The notes: generated from the letters alone by a model not told the origin. A stretch of DNA of 63,516 nt, filler included, from Craspedostauros australis (GCA_030167865.1; 20 parts of 20 records of this genome joined end to end with filler, not necessarily neighbours in it); one strand, 5' to 3'. Counted from the whole stretch's first letter, positions 33,933-47,353 are shown. A program made the numbers and translations.

Positions 33933-35147
33933 ATGGTCAATCGTAATTGGAATACCGTTCCCGAGCGGCAGGCATTGCAAGAAGCAATCGCTCGATTTGA
34001 GGCTGCCATCACTCAACTTGCAGACATCGACGTCCAACGTCTGGATTATGCAGGCGTTGTGATTCTGGTTCAGCACTATAGCAACATCGTCGCATTGGGC
34101 CGTCATGTGCTACAAATGCAGCAACTCTACCTCACTCCATTGGGACCTCCTCCTGTGTTCACCAACAGGAACATTGCCATCGCAGAACTGGACGACCGCG
34201 AAAGTGTTCGTCACTTTCGATTTCGTGTGCGTGATCTTCAACGTCTGGCTGACCGTCTCTGGCCCAAATTCCAGGCAGTGTCCGGTGAGGCAGATCCTGC
34301 ATGCATTCAAGTGCGAAATCGATACACAGTATCGTACGAGATGGGATTGCTCGTCATGCTATTTCGTCTGGCACATCGTGGACGACTGTGTGACATGGAA
34401 CAAAGATTCAGCATGGACAGTGTCCGTATTTCCAGCATTGCCTCCACTTTCTACTCCTACTTCTATGATATTGGCAAACCGTACCTGAGCGACATCGGTT
34501 TGTTTCATACTCGATTCCCCGACTATGCGGAGAACAATCACCGTCTCACCCATGGCTTGGTGGACGATGTGTTCGCTTATGTCGACGGCACGTTTTGGGA
34601 AACCTGTCGTCCCTCAGAGAATCAAGAGGACCTCTACTCTGGCTATAAACGCGGTCATGGGCTACACTATCAAGGAATCGTTGCACCAGATGGGTTGCTC
34701 ATTCACTACTTTGGGCCGATTGCAGGTGCTCGCAGTGACGGGTACATGTTCCAGCAAAGCAAAATCGAACAGCGATTGGAGGCTCTCATGCCGTTGGATG
34801 AGAACAATCCTCCATATCGTCTCTACGGTGATGCAGCATATCCTACTACACCATACATATTTGCTGCATACAAGGACACTGTTCCAGGGTCCTCCGAGGC
34901 GCAGTGCAACAAGGACATGGCGTCAGGACGCATCTGTGTTGAGTGGGCATTCAAGGAGATCACGAAGAATTTTCCCTTGGTGAGCGTTCGCAACGCCAAC
35001 AAAACACTGCTGAATCCTCTCACACTCATTCATTTTGTTGCTGCGTTCCTTGCCAACATTCATTGCACCATGAATGGCAATCAGCAGTCTGCACGGTACC
35101 AATCGCACAAGCTGACATTCGAAGAATACATCAACCTGATCCCATGA
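33933..35147 (+). mobile_element. PIF/Harbinger (DDE_Tnp_4, HARBI1-like) transposase, apparently intact; the frame is open from 33825
   Basis: HFRF, YVDGT..RP, LYSGYKRGH, GIVAPDG, GARSD, LYGDAAY and RICVEWAF supply the D-D-E triad. Confidence 0.9.
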
Positions 35148-35392
35148 TCATACACACAGTTAGAATTAATGAGGTACATGTAATACGTATTCGACTAACT
35201 ATTATGTAGTACTCATGGCGCGCGGGCATTTGTGTTGTGTGGGTTGTGCTGCGTGCGGTGAGCGAATGCTGGGAATGGTTTNNNNNNNNNNNNNNNNNNN
35301 NNNNNNNNNNNNNNNNNNNNNNNNNTTAATTAATTAANNNNNNNNNNNNNNNNNNNNNNNNNNNNNNNNNNNNNNNNNNNNTACCCCAGAGG

Positions 35393-35733
35393 AGCGCGCA
35401 GCCGGCATGAAGCCAGACCACCAGAGCAACCGCAACATGCACTTGGGAACCAACGTGCTTGTCGGCGAGGCCGGTTCCACTGCCGTCCCACGCGAGTACC
35501 TCGAGCTCCAGAAGGCGTTGGCCACACAGAGCGAGTCTTACTCCGTCCGTCGCGAGCGCATCCTGTCTAACATCAAGGGACTCCGTGAGGAGATCAACGC
35601 CTGCAGCAACGAGGAGGATGCCTCCGTCTTCGAGTCTGCCCTTCGCATGGAGACTGCTGCCATGGACAAGCTGAACCAGGCTGAGAACGACAGCGTTGGC
35701 GAGAGCGACGAAGAGATGGGTGTGCAGAAGTAA
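35393..35733 (+). CDS. C-terminal fragment of an unknown acidic, coiled-coil-like protein
   Basis: Open from the contig edge to TAA, with GC3-rich coding-like codons. No motif was recognised. Confidence 0.4.
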
Positions 35734-36933
35734 GCGCTTTGCGCTGAACGCCATCATCGACATCATCATCTGCAGTGCATCAGGCAGGTCGTCTACCACG
35801 ACAGCCAAACAGCCACACGACAGATCGATCGCCCCTCTTCCCCAATCTCCCACGACGGAGACACTTTTGGGGACCAGATTTTATGTAACAGCAACGCGAC
35901 AACGAATTGTACGCAAAGTAAAGCTAAATTAGCAAATGAATACTCCACAACAACATAGGACGAGAAGCAGTCTCACCATTAGCATGGACCAACATACCCC
36001 AACGTGTAATAGTTGCAGCGCCAGCAAATGGATCGCTCTGAGAATGTCTGCAACAGTGTGTCCGAGATGTATACATCCGAAACCTTGTGTTGCTTTTCAC
36101 AATTCGCCATGTGGGATTCGCCAACCCTACCGTCCCAATCGTACTAGAATGTGACAATCCATCTCTGCATGCGCGTCCATGCCATGAGCATCTCCAAGTC
36201 TTTGTTACTTCCAGTTTCTGCAACTTCCAACTTTTCCCAAATCGACAGACGATGCTGCCCGGTTCAGATCAGCTATGATATCTGCCACCAGGGCTCTTCC
36301 CTTCATCATCAATCAGCAACTTCCAAGAATAGGACGATGACATCAATAGACAGCAACACACCAAAATGTATTCTATCACTTGGTTACTTCCGCAACCGGA
36401 GTTGCCTGGAAGGCTAGCAGTATAAGTACATGGCAAGAACGGCTGCGATTCACGCCGGTAACTGGATACCTACTATATGACGCAAAAGCCACATGTTGGC
36501 ATTCATCTGGTGATACGCAGATACTCTCTCCGATGCCATACGACTAGAGCAGAGCGGTACTGAAGCTCGTATCATACCATGCAGAATACCATATCATTGA
36601 AGCGTGGTCTCCATACTCCTCCAGAGAGAAGAGCATTCTTGCTGATGGCCACAAGTATGAGCAGATGCGAGTTCGGATCTGGAATGATGCATCCTAAGAG
36701 TATTATTAAAAATGTATAACAAAAAACATATTGGTCCAAGAGCATTCTACAACTCCACGATGCAGGAAGGTACCAAGCTAAGCTGGTGCATTGGCACAGC
36801 CTGAGTGTTGCTGTACAGAAAAGTGATTACTGGCACTGGCAAGGCATCATCCAGTAAGAATGGCCCTGTCTGGATATCCATGTCATCGTCACCATCGCCG
36901 TTGGAATTACCATTCGTATCACCATCCCAGGCA

Positions 36934-37195
36934 TGTTGGCAAGTTCCGCTCATGGATACTCTTGCGATCGTGGAAGACGGTGTTGTTTGTGATGATTCTC
37001 TCTGCTATTTCACTACATTGTTACTCCAATCCTCTTGGTGTACTCTGTTGCTCTGCCCGATGCTCTCGGCACGTCTCTCCGACTATGAGTCGGTACGCGA
37101 GATGCTCTCTCGCTGTTGCTCGTATTCTCTTGTTGATATTGGGTGTTCACACCACACGATATTATGTACTTGACACATACTCCATGCACAGTACA
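36934..37195 (-). repeat. LTR family A variant, 3' part
   Basis: Starts TGTTGGCAAGTTCCGCTCA and is closest to the 42587 copy. Confidence 0.82.
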
Positions 37196-38412
37196 TGTCA
37201 GGAATCGGGTGTTCTGAAACACCGAATTGCCGCACCTCCCAGGAGTAAGGAGCCGAATATCATGATATGATACATTACCGCAACTCCCACCCTTGGATCT
37301 TTGTGACAAAAATGTGAGCTGCACGTGTTTTGCGATGGAGAACGACACGTGCCGAATGCGATCCGTACTTTGGCGTTCGTGACCTCAATGCAGGAATGCG
37401 AATCACACGTGCATGTCGCAGGGGGCAGGGATGTTGGAATTGTGACCAACGTCACGATACAAGCGACTATGGCCCCCGTGTCGCAACCAATGAGAAAAGA
37501 GTACTGGAGGAAGGCCAATGTCACGAAGTGTGAGATGGCCTGTGCACGAACCTGAGATGAGGAACCTCCAGGAAGCCGGTGAAGTGATCGGCGAAGAAAC
37601 CAGCAGAAACGACAGGAGAAGCATCGGAGAAGATCGGAGATGATCGGAGATGTTTGATGGTCGAGGAGCTGAATGAGCTCCCAACCAAGGTGCTCCTGTG
37701 ACGAGTGGGATATCGTGATCTGATCGAATGAACCGATCTGTGTGATGCCTACGACTCGGCGATGTCTATGCTAACAAAACTATTGGTAGAGGGCAGGAGA
37801 TGGAATATCTGAGATGCATGATGAGATGAACCAATATTGCAAGATGAGATGTACATGGAGTACATGCTGCATGGCATGATGAAACAGGAGGACAGCACTG
37901 CATGAGCAAGGGCAAGACTGTGTGCTACTGTGGATTATGTATGCTTTGGCAAATGGATGTTGGAAATCCGGGGTAACCCAGTCTCTAGTAGTAGTATCTG
38001 ATTACCTATTCCTGTTGTTGCATTGTTGGAACTGTGAGTACAACATCTCCATCTCTTTCAATTCCATTTGCCATAACATACATATGTTGGAAGGCTCCGC
38101 GCACGGAGAATCGGTAGTAGTCACACTCTTTGTCGAAAGTGTTTCTGTTACTGTTACTGTTGTTGCTATTGATTGTTGGTGGGCGAGCGTGGGGTATGAG
38201 ATGATCAAGATGCTCTCTTGATCCATCACTTCCTTGCTCTCATTGCTTGGTGCAATCCTCTTGCACCTCCATGCACATTTCTCTCATGTTGCTCGTTGAT
38301 GTTGACTTGATCNNNNNNNNNNNNNNNNNNNNNNNNNNNNNNNNNNNNNNNNNNNNTTAATTAATTAANNNNNNNNNNNNNNNNNNNNNNNNNNNNNNNN
38401 NNNNNNNNNNNN

Positions 38413-38667
38413 GATGTGCTTGCTCCAGAGACGGTGCAAGCTCAGGGGATGGAGGTGGAAGGAGGGATTGATGTGCCCATTGCGGACATCGTTGATCCTG
38501 CAGACATGGACTGGATCGGAGTGAGCACACACGAGCGTTTGGGGGTGGATGAAGATCCACAGGAGTCATCAGAGGAATCGGATGGCAGTGGCGACAGCGA
38601 TTCTGATGCCCCCAGTGACGATTCCAGTGGCGATTCCGGCAGCGACGAATCTGAAGAGGAGGAATAG
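38413..38667 (+). CDS. Duplicate of the acidic C-terminus of the 43580-45245 gene
   Basis: Reverse complement of 43580-43834, encoding an identical peptide and lying at a contig edge. Confidence 0.7.
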   Translation, partial: DVLAPETVQAQGMEVEGGIDVPIADIVDPADMDWIGVSTHERLGVDEDPQESSEESDGSGDSDSDAPSDDSSGDSGSDESEEEE

Positions 38668-40323
38668 TCNNNNNNNNNNNNNNNNNNNNNNNNNNNNNNN
38701 NNNNNNNNNNNNNNNNNNNNNNNNNNNNNNNNNNNNNNNNNNNNNNNNNNNNNNNNNNNNNNNNNNNNNNNNNNNNNNNNNNNNNNNNTAGTTGTAGAAA
38801 ACTGAGCAGCGTGCAACAATATTCCATTAGATGCCAAAACAAAACCTGTTATTCCTTGTCCTAAAAGCTTGTGAAATGGACCGAAATATCGGACATGACA
38901 ATTGCCTTCCACTTCTGTGGATTATTTAGAAACATGAAATTATATTTCGATAAATAGCATTACCGCACCTCCCAGCGAATTCGATACATTTAAGACATGA
39001 GCCATGTCGCGAGCCGGGATGGCCAGCGTGAGAGAATTGAGAAAACATGACTCCGAGAATCGCATTATTTAGCGAATCCGTTGAGTCGCTGCTTGCCTGT
39101 GGAGGCATCTGGACCCCATTTGATTGTGGAGAACGTTTTGCCTGGGGGAGACAACCCACGAAAGCGAGTACCAGGGAAAATCATTCGGGATATTGCAGCC
39201 GCGTACTCTACGCAAATGAGCACAATGTGATGTCAACTCAGGAAAGGACCGCTCTTGTCATCGCATGAGTCCATGTTTCGACATGCGCTTCCCTTGGGCG
39301 CGCAAAGTTGGTGCTTCATCCCTGTCGCCCATTCATCATCCACACAGAGAAATGGGCACGCAAAATGACGCAAGCCACATCGAAACAAACCAACTTCCAT
39401 GGTGAAGGCGCCCAAAACCGAGCAAGTTCTTTGGAGAAGACGGCCGAGATAACTGCCCAATGTAGAACCTGAATACCACGAAGTGTCACTTCAGGTGCAA
39501 AAACGACGTTGGATGTCATGAATAGATACCGAAGCTGTTCGCAATGTCTCGTTCAACATGCCCGGAATTGGATGAGTGGCCAAAACACTCAAAGCGCGAT
39601 AGAAGCACGATCCAGATCATTGCTCGGTGCGACTAACAGAGAGGAGCCGGAACCGTTTGACTTCCTCCCGAGAGGACGAGAACTTCCTTGGAAGCAAGGT
39701 CTTTGTTGCAAGGATGGTTCACTGAGAACACCGCGAAGAAAACCTCGCCATGGACATGACCACAAAAACACTGGCAAGCCCAGCGCTCACCACTTCCGTT
39801 ACTACTCTGTTCTACGGGGATCGACCTCGAGATCAAGGGGCGTGACAGTTTTCACTGTATTTCTTACTTCTTACTAATTGTATAAATCGAAAATGCTGGC
39901 CGTAGATTGTCTCCGGGCAACTCCCACGAATACAGAACAAGAGCTTCGACCAGGGCACGCCAAAACGGGCCAATGCGTCAACAGTAGGTACTTCCTCGCC
40001 TTGACAATTAGCACCCAATCAAACACACCACACTCTCACCAGACTGAAACTTTTCGTGGGCCTCTTGATACCTCGTATTCTACTATACTCAGAGTATTAT
40101 AATCAGCCTCCATACCAATAGCTCATGCTCGACGTAACTGATCTCTACTTGTACGATCGATAGTACAACCATCCGGTCTATTGCACTCGTCCGCGTACCA
40201 TACGAACCCCGCCCCTCAGCTCACCCCGTTGCAACTCGATCGTACCCGCACACTCTTGCCAACCCCCACAGGTGCTATACCTGGTCAACATCCAGATCGG
40301 CGCTGCCAACCATCAAGCGAACG

Positions 40324-41919
40324 ATGGCGAGGCAAAGCAGGAAGAAGTCAAACAAGCCCGCGAGTGACACAAATGTAGCATTGAAAGTCGGCGGCTTCCT
40401 CCTAATGTGCTGCATCGTGTGCGCTTCGATCTACCAGCAATCCAAGATCACGGGCACCATTGTGGATGTTTCCTTCATCGCGTTCGATCCTTCCGAACTC
40501 ATCAACGCCGTTGTGGATCTCGGTGTCACGGAGAACGATAGGAATGACGGCGACAGCTACAGTGGCAATCGCAACGGCAATCGCAACAGCGGCGTGAACG
40601 ATGGGGACAGACAAATACAGCTGAGGATGGACGAGCTGGCTTTGCAAAGGCTCAGGCAAGCCCACAAGTATCCCTATCAGAGCATCCCCCGCACGGTGCA
40701 CGATTACGCACCCAGGCATGCTCACGACAACATGGCGGAGCACATCATCACGCTGGACGACATCGACAAGTACATGTACCAAAATCCAATCTCGTTCTAT
40801 TCCGGCATGCAGGAGGAACCCATCATCTTCTTCATCACGCCGACCTACAGACGAAAGACGCAGATGGTGGACATGATGCGCATACAGGCGGCCATGCTTG
40901 CGGATAGTTTGGAGGGCATCCTCGCGGCATCGGCACCGCGACCGCCGTCGTCATTGTTGTCGTCGTCGTTGCACAATGCCACGGCTCCTCGCAGGACGGA
41001 TCGAGGCTTGATCTACTGGATCATCGTTGAGGACAGCCATAACTGCTCCAAGAATGTGCGTCATCTGCTCGAACGTTCGGTCGGAACCATCCCCTTCGCG
41101 CATGTGGCAGAACCATCGCCGAAGTCGCAGCCCCATTCGAAACGTGGCAGATCGCAGCGGAATCGAGGCATGTCCATTGTGGAGGAATACTTTCTGGCAA
41201 ACAATCGATCAGGCATTGTGTACTTTGGGGATGACGACAATGGTTATCATGGTGAGTGGGATGCGGATCCACGCTACCGAGATACCCCGTGGTTGCTTTC
41301 CTTGTTCCAACGCAGCACAACACAAAACAGTGTCATGCATTGGCTGTTTGGCCAATTGTTATTCCCAGTACTCTGCTCTGCAAGTGTTTTATTCTGACAA
41401 GCATGGCACAACGAGTATGCTGTGTACACAGCATCTTCGCACAGCGCACTCACACACGACCATGCGGTGTTTCTCAATGCTTGCCTTGCTCTGAGTTGGC
41501 CTCACGCAGTCCAACTGTTTTCGGAAATGCGCAAGATCAAACGGATAGGGACCATGGGAGTTGCGTTTGTCGGCGGCGCAACCCACGAACGCTGCCAGGT
41601 CAACGAGACGACTGGGAAGGTCGACCTGATGTACACCAACTGGGTCGCCGGTCGTCGGTTTCCCATAGACATGGCATCGTTCGCGTTTCACACGGATCTT
41701 CTCAAGGGCAAGAAGCCGCCTCGTTTCGAGCTTGTCGCAAAGCCAGGTATGAGTGAGGACCAGTTCATGGGCTTGCTGATAGACGACGTGTCGGAGTTTG
41801 AACCGCTGGGTGACAACTGCACACGCGTCTACACCTACCACGTCAAGTCGGACATTCAAAATCGCACCGAACGGTCTGCCACGGATCCGATTGCCAAAGA
41901 GATTGAGATCGGACTGTGA
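40324..41919 (+). CDS. Glycosyltransferase family 43 (beta-1,3-glucuronyltransferase/IRX9-like), type II membrane protein; exons 40324-41251 and 41510-41919
   Basis: N-terminal TM segment, ITPTY, WIIVEDS, QRNRG, YFGDDDN, LFSEMR and RRFPIDMASFAF. A GTGAGT...GCAG intron restores the frame. Confidence 0.9.
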
Positions 41920-42586
41920 AGCACAAGTATTGTATGACCCCCTCGAGTGAGTCGACCTACAGTCCGTAATCAGGCATGTCAACTTTTTCTGGATACATGG
42001 ATAATACTACTCCGACCGGAAAGGATTCAGCCATCACGCCGACCAGGCGGAAATGTGTCCGCCGGCCATGCCCAACGGACAAAGCAGCGGTAAAATCCAA
42101 CATCCTTATTAATGTCTCTTTTCGTCCAACAGGAAAACTAGATCCGGGTTCTTCCCATCATGTGACATCAATCCCGACTTCGGTTTCAGTTCTATCGGTC
42201 TTGTAGGGTATGCCTCCATGCCAGTATCTTGTGTTGTCTTGTTAGTCTGTCTGGTAGTTTGTGTGTGTGTCTGCTAAGCGGTAGTGCTCCTTCATCTTGC
42301 GTGAGAGAAAAGCGCGGCGTTGACTTCAGCAGAGTGCGATTGTGCAATGCAGTACTATTGTAGACTCCACTATAGTGTCATCATTGTTCGCCATCTATTG
42401 GCCAGATGCTACTCTGCTGTGTGACTCTACTTCCTTCACGCCCATTGGATCATTGCTCCTCTTTGCCATGGTGCACCATCATTCTCACCTTATGACACCA
42501 TTGCGATTAATGCAACGCCCATGTGGTCCTCAAATAGGTGTTGGCTGTGCGTTTCGCGGTGCGCAGCGCACAGCTCACGTAATACA

Positions 42587-43477
42587 TGTTGGCAAGTTCC
42601 GCTCACAGATATTCTTGCAACTGTAGGTGATGGTAGTGATTGTTACAGTTCTGTTTGCTATTTCATTACATTGGCACTCCGATCCTCTTGGTGCCTCTTG
42701 TTGCTCTGCCTGATGCTCTTGGTGCGTCTCTCCGACTATGAGTTGGCACGTGAGATGCTCTCTTGCTGTTCATCATATTCTTTCTCTCTCTCTCAATATT
42801 GCGTGTTCACACCATGCAATATTCCGTGCTCGATATGTATTCCGTATTCGGTATATACTCTGTCATCTCATTCTCTATTGGCCCACTACTCTGTGAGTAA
42901 TTGCCAATGTCTTGTCCGAACTCCTCCTTGTACATCCACGATCTCGATATCCCTTGGTCATCAAATTTTCACCTTCTTGATCTGATGTGGAGACAGATGT
43001 TGACATGGTGACATGATGACATCCTGTCAACATCGGCTCTCGCCTTCCATGGTCCTCCAGATTCCATATTCCATTGGTGATGCAATGGCTTGGCGAGGAT
43101 GTTGTCATTTGAGGTTTAGTTGGGAAGTACATTGATCATTTCTTGATGCCATACATTTTTGTCTGTTGATGGACGGACAGGATTCCTGATGCTCTCAGAA
43201 ATGTTTGTTCACGAGTTTCCTTCCGGAATTCTGATTGTTTTCATGTGTCCGAATTCGTGATGTGATTTTGACAAATCACAGTATACTATCGACACACGTG
43301 TAGTTGTACCATCCATACATGAGTATGAGAGAATAGCAGGTGAACGATGCACATACACACATATACATCTCGACACCCTTCCTGTGTGCATTCGGTCATT
43401 CGAATGTTCTCGATGTGTCAAGGTACGACTTCTCATGCTCTCGTTGCAAGTCGGCCTTGATGTTCTTGGTGAATCCG
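42587..43477 (-). mobile_element. Family A 3' end on the minus strand: RNase H tail, PPT and variant 3' LTR (42587-43375)
   Basis: 43376-43477 is the reverse complement of about 32086-32187. The LTR has TG...CA ends. Confidence 0.9.
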
Positions 43478-43579
43478 NNNNNNNNNNNNNNNNNNNNNNN
43501 NNNNNNNNNNNNNNNNNNNNNTTAATTAATTAANNNNNNNNNNNNNNNNNNNNNNNNNNNNNNNNNNNNNNNNNNNNGA

Positions 43580-45245
43580 CTATTCCTCCTCTTCAGATTC
43601 GTCGCTGCCGGAATCGCCACTGGAATCGTCACTGGGGGCATCAGAATCGCTGTCGCCACTGCCATCCGATTCCTCTGATGACTCCTGTGGATCTTCATCC
43701 ACCCCCAAACGCTCGTGTGTGCTCACTCCGATCCAGTCCATGTCTGCAGGATCAACGATGTCCGCAATGGGCACATCAATCCCTCCTTCCACCTCCATCC
43801 CCTGAGCTTGCACCGTCTCTGGAGCAAGCACATCATCGTCCACAGCATCCTTGTTTGCAGCAGCCTCATCTGCAGCAGCCTCATCCACAGCAGCCTGTCG
43901 TGCAGCAGCCTCATCTGCAGCAGCCTCATCCACAGCAGCCTGTCGTGCAGCAGCCTCATCTGCAGCCTTGTCCGCAGCAGCCTGGTGTGCAGCAGCCCAT
44001 TGTGCAGCCTCGTTTGCAACTGCCTGTTTTGCAGCAGCCTCGTTTGCTGCCTCGCTTGCAGCAGCCTGTTGTGCAGCAGGCTTGTTTGCAGCAGCCTGTT
44101 GTGCTGCCAGCTCCAGCCTCTCCGCCTCATCAGCCAGAGCATTCGCTCTCACTGCTCTGGCTCTGGCCTCTGCTGCCGTTGGCGCCTTGGACGGCGCGGC
44201 TTGGAGGACCGGGGCTGCTGGTGGCGCGGCTTGGAGGACTGGAGCTGCTGGTGGCGCGGCTTGGAGGACCGGGGCTGCTGGTGGCACGACGGCGGCGCCA
44301 CTGGCGCGAGGAGCGGGAGGCGGCATCAACGGAAAGTACCCGCTTGCCATGGCGATGCCCTTGGCGATGGCGGCCACTACATCCTTGGTGGGTGTTGTTG
44401 TTGGTGCTGGCGTTGTTGTTGGTGTTGGTGTTGGTGTTGGTGATTGTGCTGGTGTTTGTGCTGGTGTTGGTGTTGGTGTTGGTTTGGCGGGGTGGTGTGC
44501 CGCCTTTTTGGATTTTGTGGCACGATGGGTTTTGGACTTGCGCCGATGCTTGGACTTGCGCACCTTGTGTGAGGTCTTGGTGGGCTTGCCTGGACACGCG
44601 TCGTACCGGCTGCTGGTGACGCTGATGGATTTTGTTGAGCAGCTGCTGTCACCGCGAGGCACAGCGGCAGGACCCTCCGGGAAGGACGCCCCAAACACGC
44701 CTTCGTGCTGTTGGAAGAGTTCAGGGAAGCAGAAAGAAGTTCGTGAGTTGGAGTGCGCGCGCTTTTGTCACCCATCCAGTCGTGGTTGATCGTGGAATTC
44801 GCTCGGTTATTTCGTTTCATGTACTTACCTGTATGGCCGCCACCTTCTCGTACGTGGAGGGTGCGTAGTGTGTAGCGGTTCCGATGGTGGAGTCATCGCA
44901 ACGGGAGGGCACACATGTGATGCGCGTGTTCAGGTCAACACGGCGTTGTGGCGTAGTAGCCCCAACACGCGACAAGCCAACGAATACGGATCGTTTATTT
45001 GCAGAACGAGCTTTTGGAACGACAGAAACGATGGGGTGAGAACTGTGTTGTTCGACAACGCGCACAATCAACACAGATGCCCTCACCACGCTCTCCTTGT
45101 CGTTCGTAGTTACCTCCATCTCCATGTAGTTGATACCGCTGAGAACGCCATCGCTGGCGCGCTCGAATCGATTCGTGACAGCGAACGGCAAATCCACTTT
45201 CTGCGTGCGCACTGGTACTCCTTCGCGCTTTTTCATGCGCGACAT
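43580..45245 (-). CDS. 5'-truncated low-complexity protein with Lys/His/Ser-rich, PT-repeat and Ala-rich segments and an acidic tail; intron 44708-44828
   Basis: A phase-0 CAG|GTAAGT...AACAG| intron joins the two ORFs in frame (…VAAIQ|HEGVFG…). The gene contains 30-bp and 45-bp coding tandem repeats. Confidence 0.6.
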
Positions 45246-45345
45246 NNNNNNNNNNNNNNNNNNNNNNNNNNNNNNNNNNNNNNNNNNNNTTAATTAATTA
45301 ANNNNNNNNNNNNNNNNNNNNNNNNNNNNNNNNNNNNNNNNNNNN

Positions 45346-46786
45346 GAGAGAGAAGCGACGGGACAGACGTTCCGCCATCAACATGCGATCGTCACGAGCA
45401 TTGTCGTATTCCTCGTGGCACTGCGGGTTGAAAAATGGATGATGATGAATGGGAAAAAGATAACGTGTCGGCGGATGGGTGGTTGGATGAGTGACAAAGG
45501 TGTCATGCCATGAAGAATGATGAGGGATTGAATGGGCCATTTGTTGCACCTTGTAAATGCGATGCACACATCATAACACAGCACAGAACAGCAGAGCACA
45601 GAACAGAACAGCGCCACGTCGAACAAATCATCGAACTCACTTGACCCATGAAGGCGCAGAACTCAAGAAAGTCCACATATCCGCTACCATCAGCATCCAT
45701 CACCGCCCACANNGCCTCGAAGTCATGGCGGTTCATCTCGACCGCCTTCCCAGAGNTCAAAAACTCCCACATGCCTTCTTTTGTGATGTTNCCCACTGAA
45801 CTCGCACGCCGGTTGCTGCTGTCGGCTGCGGTAGTTTGAGCATCGATCTTCTGGAACTCGCGAGCCAATGCGNNGGCGTCCATGCGCCTGGCTGGAACGC
45901 GGATGCTCATGGTCTGTGCGACACGAGCAGCGAAGACGGTGCGGTATCGTTTTGCTTGTTGCATGTTGTAGACGTATATTCCAACGGAGACCGCGATGAG
46001 GAAGACGAGTACGCCGCCGATTGTGAATCCAGCGATGACACCTGGTTTGACGGGCGTGGTTGGCTCTTGGTATGGGTTTGTGGCGCAATTTGGATCGNAC
46101 TGCATTGGCGAAGAAGTGAAGATCATTGGATGAGTGAGCCAGCAAGAAAAGGAATGTAACGAACCACAAAAAAATGCAACACCATTGCCTCGCAACCACC
46201 ACAGATCCATGCATTTGACACCAATCAATCCATGCCTATTCGTGCTCGTGCTCGTACCTTGCACCATTCCTCCTCGCCAGGAAAAGAGCCGGACAAAGAT
46301 GAATCCGCCATCGGCACGCTAACACGGGCTGATTCTGGTACCATGAATTGCTGGTATGTGGCCGCGATGCCTTCGACGAACTCTTGTTCGCTGATGCGTT
46401 GATTGGTGCACCCCTCCGAGAATGCGTGCTGGAAGTTTTGATAGATCGATGCTAACTCGCGAACGGTGTCGCAATCTTTCTTGAGGCAGGTTAGACTCGT
46501 CGTGAAAAAGGTGCCAGGCGCGACGTCGCGGATCGTCTTGGCGAAGAGCGTGTCGTTTCCAACTTGGTACGTCACCGTCACTCCATCATCCGTGAACAGG
46601 CCATCCGTGGCATCGCGATTCTCCAGGTACGGCAAAGTGACGAGCCTCCCATCCAGCTCGAAGGTCGATGTTGCATACACATCGACACTTCCCGAGATCC
46701 CAAAAGGAGCACCTCCAGAACCAGGAAAAGGAGGGAGAATATTGTATCGATGAGTGTAGCTTCTGGTTCCAGCCACCGTGTAATTG
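45346..46786 (-). CDS. Single-pass membrane protein with cytosolic EF-hands (partial); introns 46100-46257 and 45421-45640
   Basis: Cys-containing ectodomain, TM segment VIAGFTIGGVLVFLIAVSVGIYVY, and canonical EF-hand DADGSGYVDFLE. GT-AG introns keep the frame. Confidence 0.78.
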
Positions 46787-46886
46787 NNNNNNNNNNNNNN
46801 NNNNNNNNNNNNNNNNNNNNNNNNNNNNNNTTAATTAATTAANNNNNNNNNNNNNNNNNNNNNNNNNNNNNNNNNNNNNNNNNNNN

Positions 46887-47353
46887 GTGGGCGGTGATGG
46901 ATGCTGATGGTAGCGGATATGTGGACTTTCTTGAGTTCTGCGCCTTCATGGGTCAAGTGAGTTCGATGATTTGTTCGACGTGGCGCTGTTCTGTTCTGTG
47001 CTCTGCTGTTCTGTGCTGTGTTATGATGTGTGCATCGCATTTACAAGGTGCAACAAATGGCCCATTCAATCCCTCATCATTCTTCATGGCATGACACCTT
47101 TGTCACTCATCCAACCACCCATCCGCCGACACGTTATCTTTTTCCCATTCATCATCATCCATTTTTCAACCCGCAGTGCCACGAGGAATACGACAATGCT
47201 CGTGACGATCGCATGTTGATGGCGGAACGTCTGTCCCGTCGCTTCTCTCTCCGTTTGTCTCAGATCGAGGAGAACTCCCCGCAACAAGCAGACTCCGAGA
47301 TCGATGCTATCGCAGATGCGGACGCCAAACCGGATGCAGGCGATCCCGTCTAG
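46887..47353 (+). CDS. 3' end of the same EF-hand gene on an oppositely oriented contig; intron 46957-47176, stop at 47351-47353
   Basis: 46887-47250 is the reverse complement of about 45346-45709 and continues to a TAG. Confidence 0.75.

Noticed and set aside
33933..35733. 35393-35733 ORF as the Harbinger partner gene
   Set aside because: It is separated from the transposase by a linker and shows no Myb/SANT motif.
38790..40100. Compositionally featureless stretch considered as an RNA gene or foreign DNA
   Set aside because: I could support no ORF, tRNA/rRNA motif or repeat structure by eye beyond the single 16-mer.
45346..47250. Large inverted duplication or hairpin locus of the EF-hand gene
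   Set aside because: The copies appear identical, end at contig edges and are separated by a linker. Contig overlap is the simpler explanation.
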